A stretch of DNA of 55,924 bases from Spirochaetia bacterium (GTDB taxonomy: Bacteria > Spirochaetota > Spirochaetia > DSM-27196 > PWMO01). The translations under genes and the position numbers were made by a program. The number at the start of each line of letters is the position of its first letter. Position 1 is the stretch's first letter. The DNA lies in NCBI GenBank assembly GCA_041686235.1, contig JAWLED010000004.1:8514-64437 (forward strand), given 5' to 3'. The notes under the pieces were generated by a model. The model had not been told where the DNA came from. It saw nothing but the letters and a program-made list of their open reading frames with translations, and did not search any database. Shown one piece after another: positions 9,973 through 19,719 of this stretch.

Positions 9973-10998
9973 TCACTCTCCTTCTTCAGCGGCAAGCTCT
10001 TCAAACTCTTCCTGCTCGATATCTTCGAGCTGCTTAATGATCTGAACGGCCAACTTGTTACCGATCTGGCCGGGCTTGCACAGGAATTTTCGTCTATTTC
10101 CGATCTTGAGTACCATCGGGTCGTTGACCCTGGTATGTTGAAGCCGCACAACATCGCCGGCCTTCAGGGATAACACGTCCCTTACCGTCAAGTCCATCGC
10201 GCCGATTTCGGCCACCATGGTCAGCTCCGTGGACGAAAGCCGTTCCCGCAGAATGTTGAGGTTCTCCGTGGTCGCGCCGCGACGCACTGAAGAGTACCAG
10301 TATTGCGCAGAAAGCTTGGAAATGATGGGCTCGATGGTAAGGTAGGGAATGCAGAAGTTCATCATGCCCTCGACCTCGCCCACCTTGGTCTCCAGCGTTA
10401 CCAGCACCACCATTTCGGTCGGCGGCACGATCTGGGCAAATTGGGGCGTCGTCTCGATCTGGCCGAGGCGCGGACGGAGATCGATGACCTGGCTCCACGC
10501 CTCGCGCATATTACCGAGAATGCGCACAATGATGTTTTCCATGACCGACGTTTCGATATCGGTAAGCTCCCGGTCGAGCTTCGCTTCATCGCCCGGACCA
10601 CCGAACAGCCGATCTATGATGGAGAACGTAATGGCGGGATCGAGCTCGAAAATGGCGGACCCTTTGAGCGGATCCATGTTGATGACCGCAAGCGTTGCCG
10701 GGCTTGGTATGGAACGAATAAACTCTTCGTAGGTGAGCTGGTCGACTGACGCAACGTGTACCGTGACGATGGACCGCAATTGCGCGCTCAACGATGTAGT
10801 TGTGAGCCGCGCGAAGGTCTCGTGCATGATGGAGACGGTTCTAATCTGTTCCTTGGAGAATTTGTCGGGCCGCTTGAAGTCGTAGATCTTGATCTTACGT
10901 TGATCAGCCGGCCTACTGACTTCTTCGGTCTCGACATCTCCGGACGTGATCGCTGTTAACAGCTGATCAATTTCGTCCTGAGAAAGGACCTCGGTCAT
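9973..10998 (-). CDS. fliM: Motor switch protein FliM
   Basis: VLSQDEIDQLL, YDFKRPDKFSKEQ, DRLFGG. Confidence 0.97.
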   Translation of the reverse strand: MTEVLSQDEIDQLLTAITSGDVETEEVSRPADQRKIKIYDFKRPDKFSKEQIRTVSIMHETFARLTTTSLSAQLRSIVTVHVASVDQLTYEEFIRSIPSPATLAVINMDPLKGSAIFELDPAITFSIIDRLFGGPGDEAKLDRELTDIETSVMENIIVRILGNMREAWSQVIDLRPRLGQIETTPQFAQIVPPTEMVVLVTLETKVGEVEGMMNFCIPYLTIEPIISKLSAQYWYSSVRRGATTENLNILRERLSSTELTMVAEIGAMDLTVRDVLSLKAGDVVRLQHTRVNDPMVLKIGNRRKFLCKPGQIGNKLAVQIIKQLEDIEQEEFEELAAEEGE

Positions 10999-11024
10999 CG
11001 ATTAAATTTCCCCTCCTGCTCACA

Positions 11025-11053
11025 ATTCTCTCACACACAAAGAGATTTTGCAA
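11025..11053 (-). promoter_or_regulatory. Possible internal sigma70 promoter upstream of fliM
   Basis: TTGCAA-17 nt-GAGAAT with a TGn extension; the -10 box is imperfect. Confidence 0.3.
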
Positions 11054-11060
11054 CTAACTC

Positions 11061-11615
11061 CTAAAAATCAACAATTGAATACTGGTTAAAGGCGACCGTT
11101 TCCACCTGTCCATTGCTAAGCATTTCATTGATCCGCCGTCGCAACTCCTCCTTGACTCGCTCACGGTTTTCTTGGCCGACCAGCTCGTCTTCGGTTTTGT
11201 TACTAAAGTACAGTGCGACCTCTTCCTTTAAGAGGATCCGCCGCTGGATCAACTCGCTTTCCAGCCGGTTGTTTTCTCCGTCGTAACCGAGATAGGGCTC
11301 TACGATGAACGTCTTTCGTACCTGATCGCCGGTCTGGCCTCGCACCTCTTCTATGCCGGAATACCATTCCAGCATCGGCGGTGCGCTTTCGTATTCCTCG
11401 CTCTCCGGAACTTGGGTTTGTGAGGCAGAGCCGACGTCCATGAATCGCATGGTCAAAACAACGACCGTCACAATAAAAATGATGGCTCCAATAATTATGC
11501 CGGCCCATTTGAGAATCTCTATGAGAAGGCCGGATAAGAAGCCGCCTCTCTTTTTTCCGGCACCTTGCTCTTCCTGCTCTAACTCTTCTTCATTTCCGAG
11601 CAGATCATCGGACAT
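11061..11615 (-). CDS. fliL: Basal body-associated protein FliL
   Basis: Single TM plus a periplasmic domain ending KEELRRRINEML; lies between motB and fliM. Confidence 0.88.
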   Translation of the reverse strand: MSDDLLGNEEELEQEEQGAGKKRGGFLSGLLIEILKWAGIIIGAIIFIVTVVVLTMRFMDVGSASQTQVPESEEYESAPPMLEWYSGIEEVRGQTGDQVRKTFIVEPYLGYDGENNRLESELIQRRILLKEEVALYFSNKTEDELVGQENRERVKEELRRRINEMLSNGQVETVAFNQYSIVDF

Positions 11616-11630
11616 TGTCTTGGTCTCCTC

Positions 11631-12353
11631 TTACAGATGCCCTTCGGTTAATATTATGACATCAACCCGTCGATTGTACGCGCGACCCTCCGCGGTGTCG
11701 TTGCTCACGAGCGGGACGGTATCCGCGAGTCCCATGACTTGAAACCGCTCTTCGGGCACCCCGTAATCTCGTAGCAACCTCAGTACGCTCAACGATCGTG
11801 CGGTCGAGAGCTCCCAATTGGTCTCCCATTCTCCTTGAGGGTCGGTCGGGATATTATCCGTGTGCCCTTCGATGCGGAACTTGCGATCCTCCACCGCATC
11901 GGACTGGAGTAACTCCGAGAGCTTGATAAACACCTCTCTCGACTCTTCGATGTTTACCTCCGCCGACGCAGACTCGAAAAAGGCGTCGGATGCGAGAGAG
12001 ATAACCAGTCCTCGCTCGTCCTGGGTGATTCGCACTTCATTACTGCGAACCTCCGGCTCAAAAATGCTCACCGCCTGTCTGCGTGCCTCGTCGAGGGCCC
12101 GTCCCCGTTGAACTGAGGGTAACGATTCTATGGTATTTCCGAGCTCGGCAAGACGCCCCTCGGAGAGCGTATTACCGCCTTCTCGAGTACCCAAGCCGGG
12201 AAATGCAGAGAGCACGAGGCGGAGTTGGTACCCATCTACCTCCGCAGTCGTGTAGAGTAGCACGAAAAACGTCAAAAGGAGAGTAACCATGTCGCCGTAG
12301 GTAAGCAGCCAGTCGGCCGCTCCTTCGGGCGGACACTTCTTTTTCTTCGGCAT
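11631..12353 (-). CDS. motB: Stator protein MotB
   Basis: WLLTYGDMVTLLLTFF TM segment and an OmpA-like domain (IEGHTD, NWELSTAR, NRRVD). Confidence 0.96.
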   Translation of the reverse strand: MPKKKKCPPEGAADWLLTYGDMVTLLLTFFVLLYTTAEVDGYQLRLVLSAFPGLGTREGGNTLSEGRLAELGNTIESLPSVQRGRALDEARRQAVSIFEPEVRSNEVRITQDERGLVISLASDAFFESASAEVNIEESREVFIKLSELLQSDAVEDRKFRIEGHTDNIPTDPQGEWETNWELSTARSLSVLRLLRDYGVPEERFQVMGLADTVPLVSNDTAEGRAYNRRVDVIILTEGHL

Positions 12354-12356
12354 AGG

Positions 12357-13136
12357 CTACTCCAGTTCGCTCTGAAGGCCCGTCCGTTCGGCAGGCGGGA
12401 GAAAAGCGACGAGCTTCTCGCCGAGTGTGCGGGGATTGTCCCCCGACTGTATCGACAACACTCCCTCTACGATGATTTCCTTGGCCCGCGTTTCATCTTT
12501 GTCGAGACCTTGGAGCTTACTTCGTATTGGTATGAGAACGAGGTTCGCAAAGATTGCGCCGTACATAGTCGTAATCAACGCGAGTGCCATGCCCGAGCCA
12601 ATGGCACTCTGATCTCCACCCAGGTTCGCCAACATAGCAATGAGTCCGCTGAGTGTGCCGATCATGCCGAACGCCGGGGCAATTTTGCCCCAGTCGTCAA
12701 AAATCTTAATGCCGGTATCGTGCCTATCCTGCAGTTGACCTAAGTCATTGTAAAGGATGTTCTTGATGATTTCCGGGTCGGTTCCGTCGACAACGAGGCG
12801 AATGCCCTTGCGCATAAACTCGTCCTCGATGGTTTCAAGATCGTCTTCGAGAGCCAACAGGCCCTCTTTGCGCGCTTTATCGGAGAAACGGACCAGCTCT
12901 TCGATAATCCGCTGCTCTTGCCAATCCGGGACGCGAAGCGCGTTTCTCACGTACCGCATGATCCCGAGCATTCTCGTGAGCGGGTTTGCCACCAGCATGG
13001 CGGCAAAAGACCCGAAGATAACCATCAAAATGGCGGGGAGGTTCAAGTAGGAGCCCAGCTGCCCACCCGAGGTGAGGATAGACAGCAGAATCATGGCGAA
13101 GCCGCCACCGATTCCGATTATCGTGCCATAATCCAT
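12357..13136 (-). CDS. motA: Stator protein MotA
   Basis: ARKEGLLALE, APAFGMIGT, ALITTMYG. Confidence 0.96.
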   Translation of the reverse strand: MDYGTIIGIGGGFAMILLSILTSGGQLGSYLNLPAILMVIFGSFAAMLVANPLTRMLGIMRYVRNALRVPDWQEQRIIEELVRFSDKARKEGLLALEDDLETIEDEFMRKGIRLVVDGTDPEIIKNILYNDLGQLQDRHDTGIKIFDDWGKIAPAFGMIGTLSGLIAMLANLGGDQSAIGSGMALALITTMYGAIFANLVLIPIRSKLQGLDKDETRAKEIIVEGVLSIQSGDNPRTLGEKLVAFLPPAERTGLQSELE

Positions 13137-13143
13137 AGACCAC

Positions 13144-13341
13144 CTACTCCTCGTTCTTGAACGCCCCGATACGGCTTCTATATTCCAGAATTCTGTCCAA
13201 TACGAGCCGGCGGTCCTCTTGGACCACCAGACGTTTTCCCGAAAGCATAATTAGCGTCGTGTCGGGGTTCTTTTCCATATATTCAATCTGGTGGGGATTC
13301 ACATAGTATTCCTTCCCATCCAGCCGCGTTACTTTAATCAT
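13144..13341 (-). CDS. flbD: Flagellar FlbD/SwrD family protein
   Basis: 65 aa, MIKVTRLDG...NPHQIE...PDT; lies between flgE and motA. Confidence 0.9.
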   Translation of the reverse strand: MIKVTRLDGKEYYVNPHQIEYMEKNPDTTLIMLSGKRLVVQEDRRLVLDRILEYRSRIGAFKNEE

Positions 13342-13354
13342 CTATCGCGGTATC

Positions 13355-14764
13355 CTATCGCTTGAGCGTGAGCAACTCCTGTAACATTTCGTCGGAAGTG
13401 GTAATTGTCCGGGAATTTGCCTGGAACCCGCGCTGGGTCGTAATCATATCGGTGAACTGCTCGGCGAGATCCACATTACTCATCTCAAGGCTTCCCGACA
13501 TGACCTGCCCCTTTCCGGCAATGCCGGACGGCGCTATATCGGCCAAGCCCGAATTATTTGTCTCAACATAATTGTTTTCACCCGATTTCTCAAGCCCTCC
13601 CGGGTTTGTAAATGACGCAAGTGCGACCTGCCCCAATTCGCGCGTTGTTCCGTTGGAAAAGATCCCGGTTATTACTCCGGACTGGTCGATTCGGTAGTCT
13701 TCGAGATATCCCATGCCGTATCCGTTCTGCTCGAACACCTTCGTCGAGCTCTCCGATGCGTATTGGGTCATGGAATCCACGAACGCGCCCGTTTCTCCGA
13801 GATTGAGGCTGAAGGTCTGAGTTTGGGGCCCGGTAGGCAAGCCGGTTCCCTCGTCGATCGGAACCTGAGAGTCGGGAACTTCAAAGGACACGTCGACCGA
13901 AAGCTCCCCATCGTCAACGACACCTCCCTCTTCGTTGGAAACCTGTTGAATGGTTCCGTCGTTCGCGAAGTCCACGAGAAAGGTCTGATTATCGGCGCTG
14001 TCCACGTCGCCCACCGCAACCGCTTGGTCCGGCTGCACATCCTGCTCCGGATCAATTTGAACATTCGCCTGCCAGCGGTTCGCCTCGTCCTCGACCCGGG
14101 TCCAGTCCACCCTGAGCGTATGCGTGTTTCCATACGAGTCGTAGATGTCGTATTCGACCGTCCACGTTCCGTCCTCGATCTCAGCGTCGGTCGCGTCTTC
14201 AGGGATGACCGGGGTGTTCTTGTTGAGATTGCTGGCAAGAAACACCTCGGTGGTCTCCTGTGCCGGGTCCTTGCTTCCAACCGGGATGTTGAGGTCTTGC
14301 ACGCCTTCCGACGTATTGATCATCGTCTCCCCGTCGACGTTCTCCGCTTGCCACCCCTGTACCCGCATACCGTTGGCCGGATTGACGAGCATTCCGTCCT
14401 CGTCAATCGAGAAACTGCCGTCTCTCGTGTAGAGCTCCTGGTCTCCGTCTCTGAGGACGAAGAACCCTGCCCCCTCTATGGCGAGATCGCTCTTGACTCC
14501 CGTGGATTCGAGTGAGCCCTGCGTGTGGATGGTATCGATCGAGGCAATTTGCATGCCGAGTCCCACTTGCTTCGGGTTCACCCCTCCAACTTCCTCGCGG
14601 GGGCGCGCGGCTCCCTGAAGGGTTTGCGAGATCATGTCTTGAAACTGAACCCGCCCTTTCTTGAACCCGGTGGTGTTTACATTGGAAACGTTATTACCAA
14701 TGGTGTCCATCCGCGTTTGATGATTCTGCAAGCCGGACACACCGGCATAGAGCGACCGCATCAT
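13355..14764 (-). CDS. flgE: Flagellar hook protein FlgE
   Basis: GNNVSNVNTTGFK, YTRDGSF, LEMSNVDLAEQFTDMI...QRGFQAN. Confidence 0.98.
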   Translation of the reverse strand: MMRSLYAGVSGLQNHQTRMDTIGNNVSNVNTTGFKKGRVQFQDMISQTLQGAARPREEVGGVNPKQVGLGMQIASIDTIHTQGSLESTGVKSDLAIEGAGFFVLRDGDQELYTRDGSFSIDEDGMLVNPANGMRVQGWQAENVDGETMINTSEGVQDLNIPVGSKDPAQETTEVFLASNLNKNTPVIPEDATDAEIEDGTWTVEYDIYDSYGNTHTLRVDWTRVEDEANRWQANVQIDPEQDVQPDQAVAVGDVDSADNQTFLVDFANDGTIQQVSNEEGGVVDDGELSVDVSFEVPDSQVPIDEGTGLPTGPQTQTFSLNLGETGAFVDSMTQYASESSTKVFEQNGYGMGYLEDYRIDQSGVITGIFSNGTTRELGQVALASFTNPGGLEKSGENNYVETNNSGLADIAPSGIAGKGQVMSGSLEMSNVDLAEQFTDMITTQRGFQANSRTITTSDEMLQELLTLKR

Positions 14765-15210
14765 TGTTGTGCCCCCTCTTCGTAGATTCGCTGTACGCTG
14801 TCGTAATCGTAGTAGGTGCCTTCCACGTTAATCTGCGGATACTCGCCGAATGTCACATCTTCCACTTTTCCGCTTATGACGGAGTCACCCTGTGAGATCT
14901 CCACATTCTTGCCCAAGAGATTGGTAGCCTGTCCGGTATTGAGCAGTTTACCGACCTTCGCAAACTCGTTCGACATATTCGTCATCTGCTCGAGGGATGA
15001 GAATTGAGCCATTTGGGCGATAAACTCCTTATCTTCCATGGGCGAGGTGGGATCCTGATTTTCGAGCTGCGTCATGAGAATCTTCAGAAAGTCGTCCCGT
15101 CCCATGTCCTGTTTAGGACTACGGTCCTCGGCTATGCTTTTGTTAACCGTCTCTACCCGCGATTCGAGTTTTTCCAGCTCGGCCCCTGATAGCGTGTTAG
15201 AAATCTCCAT
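14761..15210 (-). CDS. flgD: Hook cap protein FlgD
   Basis: DDFLKILMTQLENQDPTSPM...QMAQFSSLEQ. Confidence 0.96.
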   Translation of the reverse strand: MEISNTLSGAELEKLESRVETVNKSIAEDRSPKQDMGRDDFLKILMTQLENQDPTSPMEDKEFIAQMAQFSSLEQMTNMSNEFAKVGKLLNTGQATNLLGKNVEISQGDSVISGKVEDVTFGEYPQINVEGTYYDYDSVQRIYEEGAQQ

Positions 15211-15226
15211 CTTTGCTCCATCCCTC

Positions 15227-17092
15227 CTAGGCCAGCACGTTTACGAGCCCGGAACCCAGTTCAATTTCGGTCAGAAGCGGCACGCTCTGTTCGAGCGACT
15301 GAACCGCCTTCGTATCTCGGCTCTGAGAGGGCTCGGGATCAGGACGGTTTTGTTCCCGTTCTTCGACCGAGACCTCCAGTTCTCCGGTTTCTATACCGCT
15401 CTCGCGGAATGCGCGATGCAGCTCATCGAGCGATTGCTCGACGGCGTCTCGCACACTATTATTTTCGACAATTATCCGGCCGGCTATATGATTATCCTGA
15501 AGGTTCAACCGAACTCGGACACTTCCCATCGACTCAGGTTTCAAATGGAGCCGAATCTCACCTCCGCGCTCTCCACGGAGCATGAGCCGCGCGTGCTTTA
15601 CGATCTCGGGATGAGCGTCCCGCAACTGACGAGTAAGCTGAGCGTCGGCGCGCCCCCGGCGCCCGATTCCGCTCCGCTGCCCCGCATTCCGGCTTCCTTC
15701 GAGCTCGGCGATCATCCGCTCGAGCGCGGATTTCCCCGAGCGGCGCCCACGGTCTCCGAGCTCGCCGTCTTCGCCCGTTTGGGCTTGATTCTGTTTCGCT
15801 CCGAATACCTCTGCGGAGCTCTCCTGGCGGTTCCCGGAACGTTCTGCTCGTCCGGCGTCGCGGCCTGAGTTTCGCGTCTTCTCTGCGGCACCTTGAGACT
15901 TCTCATCGCCGTCTCCCGAGGCAGCCCGCCCGGCTTCGCTCTTCTCGCCCCCGCGCACTGCGCCGTCACGAGATTTCTCGCCGCCTCCGCCCCCGCGTCT
16001 TCGGGCGTCGGAGTCCTTGCCGTCCTCGGCTTCTCCACGCCGCGCCTGTTGAGCCGACCGTGCGTTCTCGGAGCTCTTGTCACTGTTCTCGCTCTCGTTC
16101 TTAGACGTGGAGCCCTCCGAGCTCTTCTCGCCCTCGGCGGCGGCGGAAGCACGGGCCGCTTTGTTCTCGCTTTGCCCGTCTTTACCGTTCTTTTTGCCCT
16201 GCTCGTCTTTTTCGCCGCTCTTGTCCCGGGCGTCTTCTTCGCCGGACTCTCTGCCGGCGTTCTGCGCGTTTTCGTCGGCACCGGATTTCTCAGCGCTCTT
16301 CTGCTTACCCGACTTACCCGATTCCGCGTCGTCATCGGCGTCGTCGTCTTTCTCACCCTCGCCGTCCCCTTCGGCGGCGTCGCCGCCACCATTGCTCAGG
16401 TACGCGGAGCTGCGAGAAGACGCCTCGGCGTCGTCTTCGGAGGAGTCGTTCTTCGCCTCGCCGGACGAAGCCTTCTCTTTGCCGTCGGATTCGTTTTCCT
16501 CTTCGGCTGAGGCGCTTGCCTCTTTCGCCTCTTCAGCGGCTTCCGTATTGGCCCGGTCCGCAGCTTGCTTGGCAGCCTCCGCGCGGTCGGCCTGGTCCGC
16601 GGCCTCCGCCTGCTCGGCGGCGTCGGCCCGCTTCGCGGCTCGGTCGGCGGCGTCCTTACGGGCGCTGCGATCAGCCTCGTCTTTTTTTGCTTGTTTGTCG
16701 GCGGCTCGCGACGATTCGAGCTCTGCACCCCACTTGGACCGTGCCGTCTCGTCTCTGTCGAAATTGGATTCTCTCGCGCGCGCTCTCTCCCGTGCCCGCT
16801 CCGCCGCGTCCCGGGCGGCGTCCTGAGCCGCTACCCCGCCGCCACGTCGCTCGTCGGCGTACATTGCGGGAGCATAATCGCCCCGAGCGTCGGCGGAGCG
16901 ACCGCTGAGGTGGGCCGGTGGGCGTGATAGGTCGCGGGAAATTGCCTGATTAAATGTGTCTTCGAAACTTCCGCGGTGAGAATCGGCGTACCCCCCGCGC
17001 GGACCAATTGGGAATGAGCTACTCGAGTCGCCGGGCTTGTGCCGTATCGAGTGGGAACTCGAGTCGACAGTGTTCAACACATGGGCCGTCAT
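15227..17092 (-). CDS. fliK: Hook-length control protein FliK
   Basis: Long low-complexity N-terminus and a C-terminal T3S4 domain (GEIRLHLKPESMGSVRV); precedes flgD. Confidence 0.88.
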   Translation of the reverse strand: MTAHVLNTVDSSSHSIRHKPGDSSSSFPIGPRGGYADSHRGSFEDTFNQAISRDLSRPPAHLSGRSADARGDYAPAMYADERRGGGVAAQDAARDAAERARERARARESNFDRDETARSKWGAELESSRAADKQAKKDEADRSARKDAADRAAKRADAAEQAEAADQADRAEAAKQAADRANTEAAEEAKEASASAEEENESDGKEKASSGEAKNDSSEDDAEASSRSSAYLSNGGGDAAEGDGEGEKDDDADDDAESGKSGKQKSAEKSGADENAQNAGRESGEEDARDKSGEKDEQGKKNGKDGQSENKAARASAAAEGEKSSEGSTSKNESENSDKSSENARSAQQARRGEAEDGKDSDARRRGGGGGEKSRDGAVRGGEKSEAGRAASGDGDEKSQGAAEKTRNSGRDAGRAERSGNRQESSAEVFGAKQNQAQTGEDGELGDRGRRSGKSALERMIAELEGSRNAGQRSGIGRRGRADAQLTRQLRDAHPEIVKHARLMLRGERGGEIRLHLKPESMGSVRVRLNLQDNHIAGRIIVENNSVRDAVEQSLDELHRAFRESGIETGELEVSVEEREQNRPDPEPSQSRDTKAVQSLEQSVPLLTEIELGSGLVNVLA

Positions 17093-17103
17093 TCATCCCT
17101 CAT

Positions 17104-17730
17104 TCACTCCTGCGGTTTTATTGTCATCTTGCGCTGTATTGTGGCGGCTCGCTCCGGCGGTAGCTCTGCCAACCAAACCGAAACCAAGGAAAACTCACCC
17201 GCCTCTTGCGCAAGATCTTCGGTCACCCGCAGGGTGTCTATCAACAGTTGATCGTCGTAATCCGCGAGGATCTCAACCGCATCCTCGGGACGCATGCTTG
17301 TCAACGTCTCTACGTTCCGTTCAAGCATTGCTCTTCTATTGTCGAACTGTTGCACCCTTTCATTGAGGGAATTCTCCTGCTCCTCGAGCTCCTCCTCACG
17401 CGCTTCCAATTCTTGTCGCCGCTGTTCGAGATCTTCCTCGAGCTGAGCAAGCTCTTCCGCGCGGCTGTCCAATTCGTCCATGCGGTCTCTTACGGCACCT
17501 TCTCGTTTCTCTAACCGCGCACGGTCCAACGACGCCGCATCCTCGGACTCCTCGGAGGTCGGTTCTGCTGCTTCGATACCGACAAGCTGCAACACCGGCG
17601 AGATCATTGCACGGGCATCTACGAGCTCGAGATAATGGAACCACACGGTTCCACCGGCCAGTAGCACAATGAGAAGAAGCGTAAGCGCAAAGATACGCGT
17701 CCCCGGCCCGAACCGCTTGTACTCAGCCAT
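17104..17730 (-). CDS. flbB: Periplasmic flagellar collar protein FlbB (MotE-like)
   Basis: N-terminal TM, coiled coil, SMRPEDAVEIL, LPPERAATIQRKM; lies between fliJ and fliK. Start moved to the ATG at 17730. Confidence 0.85.
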   Translation of the reverse strand: MAEYKRFGPGTRIFALTLLLIVLLAGGTVWFHYLELVDARAMISPVLQLVGIEAAEPTSEESEDAASLDRARLEKREGAVRDRMDELDSRAEELAQLEEDLEQRRQELEAREEELEEQENSLNERVQQFDNRRAMLERNVETLTSMRPEDAVEILADYDDQLLIDTLRVTEDLAQEAGEFSLVSVWLAELPPERAATIQRKMTIKPQE

Positions 17731-18181
17731 CGTCGCCCTCCTGCTCATGCCGGCGGATATGCATCTGTCCGCCGATGTCGTCGAGCTCACGTCCTTCGGC
17801 GCGCCGCTGTTCCCGGTAATACTCGCTCGAGCGTCTGCTTCGTAAATTATCCAGCACTTTGCGCTGCTTTAGTGCCTCCCGATACTCCTTTTGCACCTTT
17901 TCGAGCTCTTTTGCCTGTTCGGCCCGCTGCGCCTCCAGTTCGCCCCATCGCTGGTCGAGATACCGTATGTAGGCGCTCTGGGCCATCCGATAGCTTATGT
18001 CCACCCGGCTCGCCGAGTCACCGGCGCGAAACGTTGCCTCGCGCTCCTGACTCAAGCGCCCGAGCTCACCCTCTATTTGTGAGTATCGCCCCGAAACCTC
18101 CGCAAGTTTCTGCTCCGCTTGCTCCTCGACATGCTCCCTGAGACTGAGCACGCGTTCGAGCCGAAACTGGAATCTACGCAT
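17723..18181 (-). CDS. fliJ: Flagellar export chaperone FliJ
   Basis: MRRFQFRLERVL coiled coil; follows fliI. Confidence 0.9.
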   Translation of the reverse strand: MRRFQFRLERVLSLREHVEEQAEQKLAEVSGRYSQIEGELGRLSQEREATFRAGDSASRVDISYRMAQSAYIRYLDQRWGELEAQRAEQAKELEKVQKEYREALKQRKVLDNLRSRRSSEYYREQRRAEGRELDDIGGQMHIRRHEQEGDDG

Positions 18182-19655
18182 TCTCCGAGGCCTCCTGCGA
18201 ACTTAGGGTTTCGCCGGCCGGGCCCCCGCGGTCGGCGCCGTCGGCCCGGTCGGTGCCGTCGCCCCGGTCGGCGCCGTCGGCGCTGCCGCTGCGGTCGGTG
18301 CCGTCGCCCCCGCTACTGCCGCTGCCGGAGCCGACGTCGACCTGGGGGTACCCTGCGATTTGAAAAAGGGCGGCCTCAGTATCGGCCAAGGGAGCCTTCT
18401 CGTCGATACGCTGCCTGAGAAACGCGTTGATTTGCGGCATCTTGTCGATGGCCTCGTCCACGTCCTGATTGCTGCCCCGTTGGTAGGCACCAACGTTTAT
18501 GAGGTCTTCCGACTCGTTGTAGGTGGCCATGAGCCGGCGGACATAGCCGGCGGCCTCTTGTACCCGGGGCGGCTGCACCTTCGTCGCGAGACGAGAAACG
18601 GAGCCGAGCACGTCCACCGCCGGATAATGCGAGCGTTGGGCCAAGCGCCGACTCAGCACGATATGGCCGTCGAGAATACCGCGCACGGCATCCGATATCG
18701 GCTCGTCCATGTCGTCACCTTCGACGAGAATGCTGAAAAATCCGGTTACCGTCCCACGATCCGACGTACCGCAGCGCTCCAAAAGCCTGGGAAGCAGCGA
18801 AAAAACCGAGGGGGGAAACCCCCGCGTCGCCGGAGGCTCTCCGGCGGCAAGGCCGATTTCGCGCTGAGCGCGGGCAAAGCGCGTGACCGAGTCGAATAGA
18901 AGCATCACGTTCTTGCCGCGATCGCGAAAGTATTCGGCAATCGACATGGCAACGAAGGCCCCCCGCAGACGCGCGAGGGGAGGTGTATTCGAGGTCGAAA
19001 CCACGACGATCGAACGCTCCAAACCTTCCTTTCCCAAATCGCTGCGGATGAACTCCTTTACCTCACGGGTACGCTCTCCAATGAGTGCAATGACGTTGAT
19101 GTCCGCACTCGTATTGCGGGCGATCATCCCGATGAGCGTGGACTTTCCCACCCCGCTTCCCGAGAACACGCCGAGGCGTTGCCCTTCTCCCGCGGAGATA
19201 AGGCCGTCTATGGAGCGGATGCCGGTGACGATTTGTGTAGCGATGGTATCTCGTTCGAGGACGTCCGGCGGCGTATTGAAAATCGGCTGGAACTCCGCAG
19301 ACCCGATGTCCCCCTTGCCGTCGATCGGACGTCCCCGCCCGTCGAGCACCCGACCGAGGAGTTTGTCGGAGACCGGCACCGCAAGCGTTTCCTCGGTACC
19401 GACCACCGCGGCACCGACCTCGATCCCGTCGGTCTCGGTGAACGGCATCAGGTCTACGTGCCGGCCGTGGACTCCCACGACCTCGGCCCACACCGTGTGC
19501 TCGCTGCGAGGAATAACGATGCGGCACAGCTCGCCGACGAAGGCTTGGGGTCCGAGACTTCGTATGAGAAGCCCTTGAACGCGCTCTACACGGCCGATCT
19601 GTTTGATCGCATCGGTCTTTTCTACGACTGCCTGGTACTTATCAAATGGTCCCAA
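18174..19655 (-). CDS. fliI: Flagellar export ATPase FliI
   Basis: GSGVGKST, LIGERTREV, DSVTRFA, RGILDGHIVLSR; TTG start with a GGAGG SD. Confidence 0.97.
   Translation of the reverse strand: MGPFDKYQAVVEKTDAIKQIGRVERVQGLLIRSLGPQAFVGELCRIVIPRSEHTVWAEVVGVHGRHVDLMPFTETDGIEVGAAVVGTEETLAVPVSDKLLGRVLDGRGRPIDGKGDIGSAEFQPIFNTPPDVLERDTIATQIVTGIRSIDGLISAGEGQRLGVFSGSGVGKSTLIGMIARNTSADINVIALIGERTREVKEFIRSDLGKEGLERSIVVVSTSNTPPLARLRGAFVAMSIAEYFRDRGKNVMLLFDSVTRFARAQREIGLAAGEPPATRGFPPSVFSLLPRLLERCGTSDRGTVTGFFSILVEGDDMDEPISDAVRGILDGHIVLSRRLAQRSHYPAVDVLGSVSRLATKVQPPRVQEAAGYVRRLMATYNESEDLINVGAYQRGSNQDVDEAIDKMPQINAFLRQRIDEKAPLADTEAALFQIAGYPQVDVGSGSGSSGGDGTDRSGSADGADRGDGTDRADGADRGGPAGETLSSQEASENA
18229..18309. 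repeat. Four 18-bp GC-rich units in the FliI C-terminal tail
   Basis: Units of cggtcgg(c/t)gccgtcg.. encode alternating GDGTDR and ADGADR. Confidence 0.85.
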
Positions 19656-19719
19656 AGGGTCCCCTCCTCCCCTTTGCGACCCCGTCGGTGCCTCCGTGGA
19701 TGCACCGTTTCAGGGCCGG

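Noticed and set aside
7944-19710. Small GC-rich intergenic hairpins (fliO-fliP ~7945-7968, fliY-fliO ~8811-8829, fliH-fliI ~19686-19707)
   Set aside because: They have no U-tract on the coding strand and share no sequence, so I cannot call them terminators or REP elements. They could be mRNA stability elements.
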